Shown piece by piece: positions 61,484 to 64,000 of a DNA stretch of 64,000 nucleotides. Under the pieces are notes generated by a model, which saw only the letters and a list, made by a program, of their open reading frames with translations, had not been told where the DNA came from and made no database searches. A program made the translations under genes and the position numbers. Source of the DNA: Tubiluchus corallicola. Taxonomy: Eukaryota; Animalia; Priapulida. Within the stretch, counting starts at the first letter, position 1. Each line of letters starts with the position of its first letter. The stretch is taken from the NCBI GenBank assembly GCA_030141605.1, contig JAQGDQ010000760.1:1-64000 (forward strand). The letters run 5' to 3'.

Positions 61484-62998
61484 CTAAAACCGCCTTCGCA
61501 TTACAATATGATACGGTTTTGCTTCTATCACAAGAGGTTGTTGTTTGGGCTCAAGGTCAGCGTGTTCGTCCTGTGGTAGGGATAGATTATATCTCTGCAG
61601 AAAACAAGCAAAGACAACGAAGATATTCACCTTGGCAATACTTTCACCCAGGCACACCCGCCGCCCTGCAGAGAATGGCATGAAACTTGGAATTTTTGTC
61701 TTAATTTTACCCTCCTCATTTAAGAACCGCTCTGGTTTAAATACTTCCGGTTCTTCCCAATTGTTCGGATCGAAATGCAGACTGTATGTATTTACCATTA
61801 CCATGGTATCTTTTGGAATCGCATAACCACCAACTGATGTATCCACCGTCGTAGTGTGTGGAGGAATCATTGCTACCAATGGTTTAATTCGCATAACTTC
61901 GTGAATTACTGCATCACAGTACGATAAGCGTAGTTTGTCTTTATCATAGTCGGGTAGTCTTTCTTGGCCAATAACTTTGTCTAGTTCATCTTGCACTTTT
62001 TCCTGAACCTCTGGATAAGCAGCCATTAATAAAAATGCCCACAGCAAAGTCAATGACGTTGTGTCTGTTCCAGCAAAAAATACATCTGTGCAGATTTGGG
62101 TAAGATGTGTGTCAGTCAATTCTTCCACTTCTTCCTTTGAGGCTTCCTCTCTGGCTAAAAGCAAATCATCACAAATGTCCCTGGGGTTATCCTTGTTAAA
62201 GGTTTTCACATGTTCATGAAATTTGGCATAACCATATTCAAGAAAGTATTTCGTTAAGTCTAAAAATTCCTTTTGCGCGGCTGTCCGAGGGAAGTACCGC
62301 AGAAATGGTATGTAATCTGGGGCAAAACCAGCAGCAACAAGTGTGTTTATTCTGTCTGTTGAATACCGCAGTTTTTTGAACTGTGTATCGGAAAAGTCAA
62401 AACATTTACCGTAGGTCATATTATGAATAATATTGTACATGGTATTATATATATATTCTCTTGGGTTAAACTTTTTTTCTTCGAGACTGTCTATGATAGT
62501 TGCAATGTTATTGAAACTACTGTGAATTCTTTGAACCAGTACATCTCTAGAAGCAAAGTGTCTAAACGCGCTATAGCCGAGCTTCCTTTGAACCTGCCAG
62601 GTTTTGGTAAAAGTGGAACCTAAGATATTCTTGTAACCGTCTGTAAATTGCTCAACCGTCCACGCTTCTGGTCGCCCAGCGAAATCGTTTTGCTTCTTAA
62701 CAAAAGCTTCTAACGCTTCTTCCACACGATTAATGATGATTGTCGTCCGATTTCCAAAATCCAGTGAAATAACAGGTCCATGCTGTTCTGCCAACTGTCG
62801 ACAATACTTGTAAAGAGGAGTTTTGAAAGAATGAAAGTAGACCTGTGGAATGTTGCCCACCAAAGGGAAGCTGAACAATCCAGGTGCGAGCTTTTTCTTT
62901 TGTCTTTGGTAATAAAAGAAACACAGTGTTACGAGCAGAGCCAACCACACTCTAGTATCGCCAAAAATAAAACTAGTTGCAGAACTTATTGCTGACAT
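61484..62998 (-). CDS. Cytochrome P450, clan 2 (CYP1/2/17/21-related), single coding exon, 504 aa
   Basis: Uninterrupted ORF with N-terminal anchor, PG..FPLVGN hinge, FAGRP, WxxxR (WQVQR), I-helix AGTDTT, ExxR (EVMR), PERF and heme motif FSAGRRVCLG. The subfamily cannot be assigned without a phylogeny. Confidence 0.97.
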   Translation of the reverse strand: MSAISSATSFIFGDTRVWLALLVTLCFFYYQRQKKKLAPGLFSFPLVGNIPQVYFHSFKTPLYKYCRQLAEQHGPVISLDFGNRTTIIINRVEEALEAFVKKQNDFAGRPEAWTVEQFTDGYKNILGSTFTKTWQVQRKLGYSAFRHFASRDVLVQRIHSSFNNIATIIDSLEEKKFNPREYIYNTMYNIIHNMTYGKCFDFSDTQFKKLRYSTDRINTLVAAGFAPDYIPFLRYFPRTAAQKEFLDLTKYFLEYGYAKFHEHVKTFNKDNPRDICDDLLLAREEASKEEVEELTDTHLTQICTDVFFAGTDTTSLTLLWAFLLMAAYPEVQEKVQDELDKVIGQERLPDYDKDKLRLSYCDAVIHEVMRIKPLVAMIPPHTTTVDTSVGGYAIPKDTMVMVNTYSLHFDPNNWEEPEVFKPERFLNEEGKIKTKIPSFMPFSAGRRVCLGESIAKVNIFVVFACFLQRYNLSLPQDEHADLEPKQQPLVIEAKPYHIVMRRRF

Positions 62999-63130
62999 GC
63001 TGAAAGATTTTTAACAAGCAAGAGCACACTGTTGAAATCAAGAGGTATTTCTACTATTAAACTTCGTGAAAACTGCAAAATGCCTTGTTTCACTGTACCG
63101 TGTATCTTTGCCTAACAGTGATGCAATAGG

Positions 63131-63141
63131 ATGACTCAGCA
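63131..63141. promoter_or_regulatory. Antioxidant response element (Nrf2/CncC-sMaf site, AP-1 embedded) upstream of the P450
   Basis: ATGACTCAGCA, a perfect match to the RTGACnnnGC(A) consensus, 133 bp upstream of the CYP ATG. Confidence 0.65.
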
Positions 63142-64000
63142 GTTATTATCCCAAGCTGCTTGAGAAGCAAGTACCGTAACTACAGCCATAGAACCCAAAG
63201 TTCAAACAGGTGAGAATAAATATATGCTCGCTGAACAGAAAAACAAACTCTTAGCTTTTTATCAAGGTCTGTGCCAAAATATAGGTGACTTTTAAGCGCG
63301 GCCATTTGGGCACGATCGAGGCATATTTGGGCACAGGGAAACTTGGACAGTACACGAGGTATGTTAGGGCAAACGGACACTTGTACACGAGATATTGATA
63401 CGTTCGTAACTAATTTTTGTCTATTAAATTTTTAAAAACTCGCGATTTTCCTAACTTTCACTACACTTAAGAATCATCGCTTCACTAAATTACGCATATG
63501 CGGTAATTACGGTAACAATTAAAAACACTCGGTTGACTCGATCGATCTACAGTTAATGTTATTAGCGAATTCATGAAATGTGACAGCATTATATTTCAGA
63601 AATGTCAAATGCATCACAAAAACAGTAAAAACAGAAATTAATTCGTGTCACAAACAATATTCACCAAAATTTAGTGTCAGTACATTTGCAATAATTTAAC
63701 TAGTATTATCACAATACTGTATTCACTAAACGCTTCGGCTGCTTTAATAATGCGTTGCTTACAGTTCATAAGTTGCTTATACTCACGAAAATCATATTTT
63801 TTTCTTACAAAACTTTAGACAAGGATCTTATCCCCACTAAAACCAACATTTATTTGCCGTCGCTCATTTAATAGACAACATTAGCACTAATGGCTATTAC
63901 ACTTAGAACAATACATAGGCTATATATTAGATAAAGTGCAACACACAAAATTAACGAAAATGATATGTAGGTTATATGCCCTGACGTTGGTGGTCACTAC

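Noticed and set aside
61420-62995. Antisense and alternate-frame ORFs over the P450
   Set aside because: Shadows of the CYP coding sequence.

Overview
AT-rich, intron-rich eukaryotic DNA from an invertebrate animal; nothing prokaryotic (no operons, CRISPR arrays or rRNA operon). Five protein-coding genes were reconstructed by hand from GT-AG splice sites with consistent reading phases. (1) SCYL1 pseudokinase, minus strand, 19 coding exons visible (18551->526), running off the left edge. (2) A group II p21-activated kinase (PAK4/5/6, mbt-like), plus strand, 15 coding exons (28443-39884, 935 aa). (3) TMEM179, minus strand, 4 exons (49226->44516, 224 aa). (4) TMX1/TMX4-type transmembrane thioredoxin, plus strand, 7 exons (51794-58773, 278 aa). 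(5) A clan-2 cytochrome P450 with an uninterrupted ORF, minus strand (62998->61484, 504 aa), with a perfect Nrf2/ARE motif just upstream. Introns and spacers hold decayed non-LTR retrotransposons (CR1/L2-like), a Ty3/Gypsy RT fragment, hAT-type MITEs with 8-bp target-site duplications, tRNA- and 5S-derived SINE-like fragments, a 34-bp minisatellite and short tandem duplications. I found no clearly new biological system. The best leads are the ARE-flanked P450, an unexplained decayed coding-like block at 42.5-43.0 kb, an expanded repeat-bearing PAK linker, and apparent ancient linkage of these genes. All family assignments come from recognising motifs by eye; no database searches were run.
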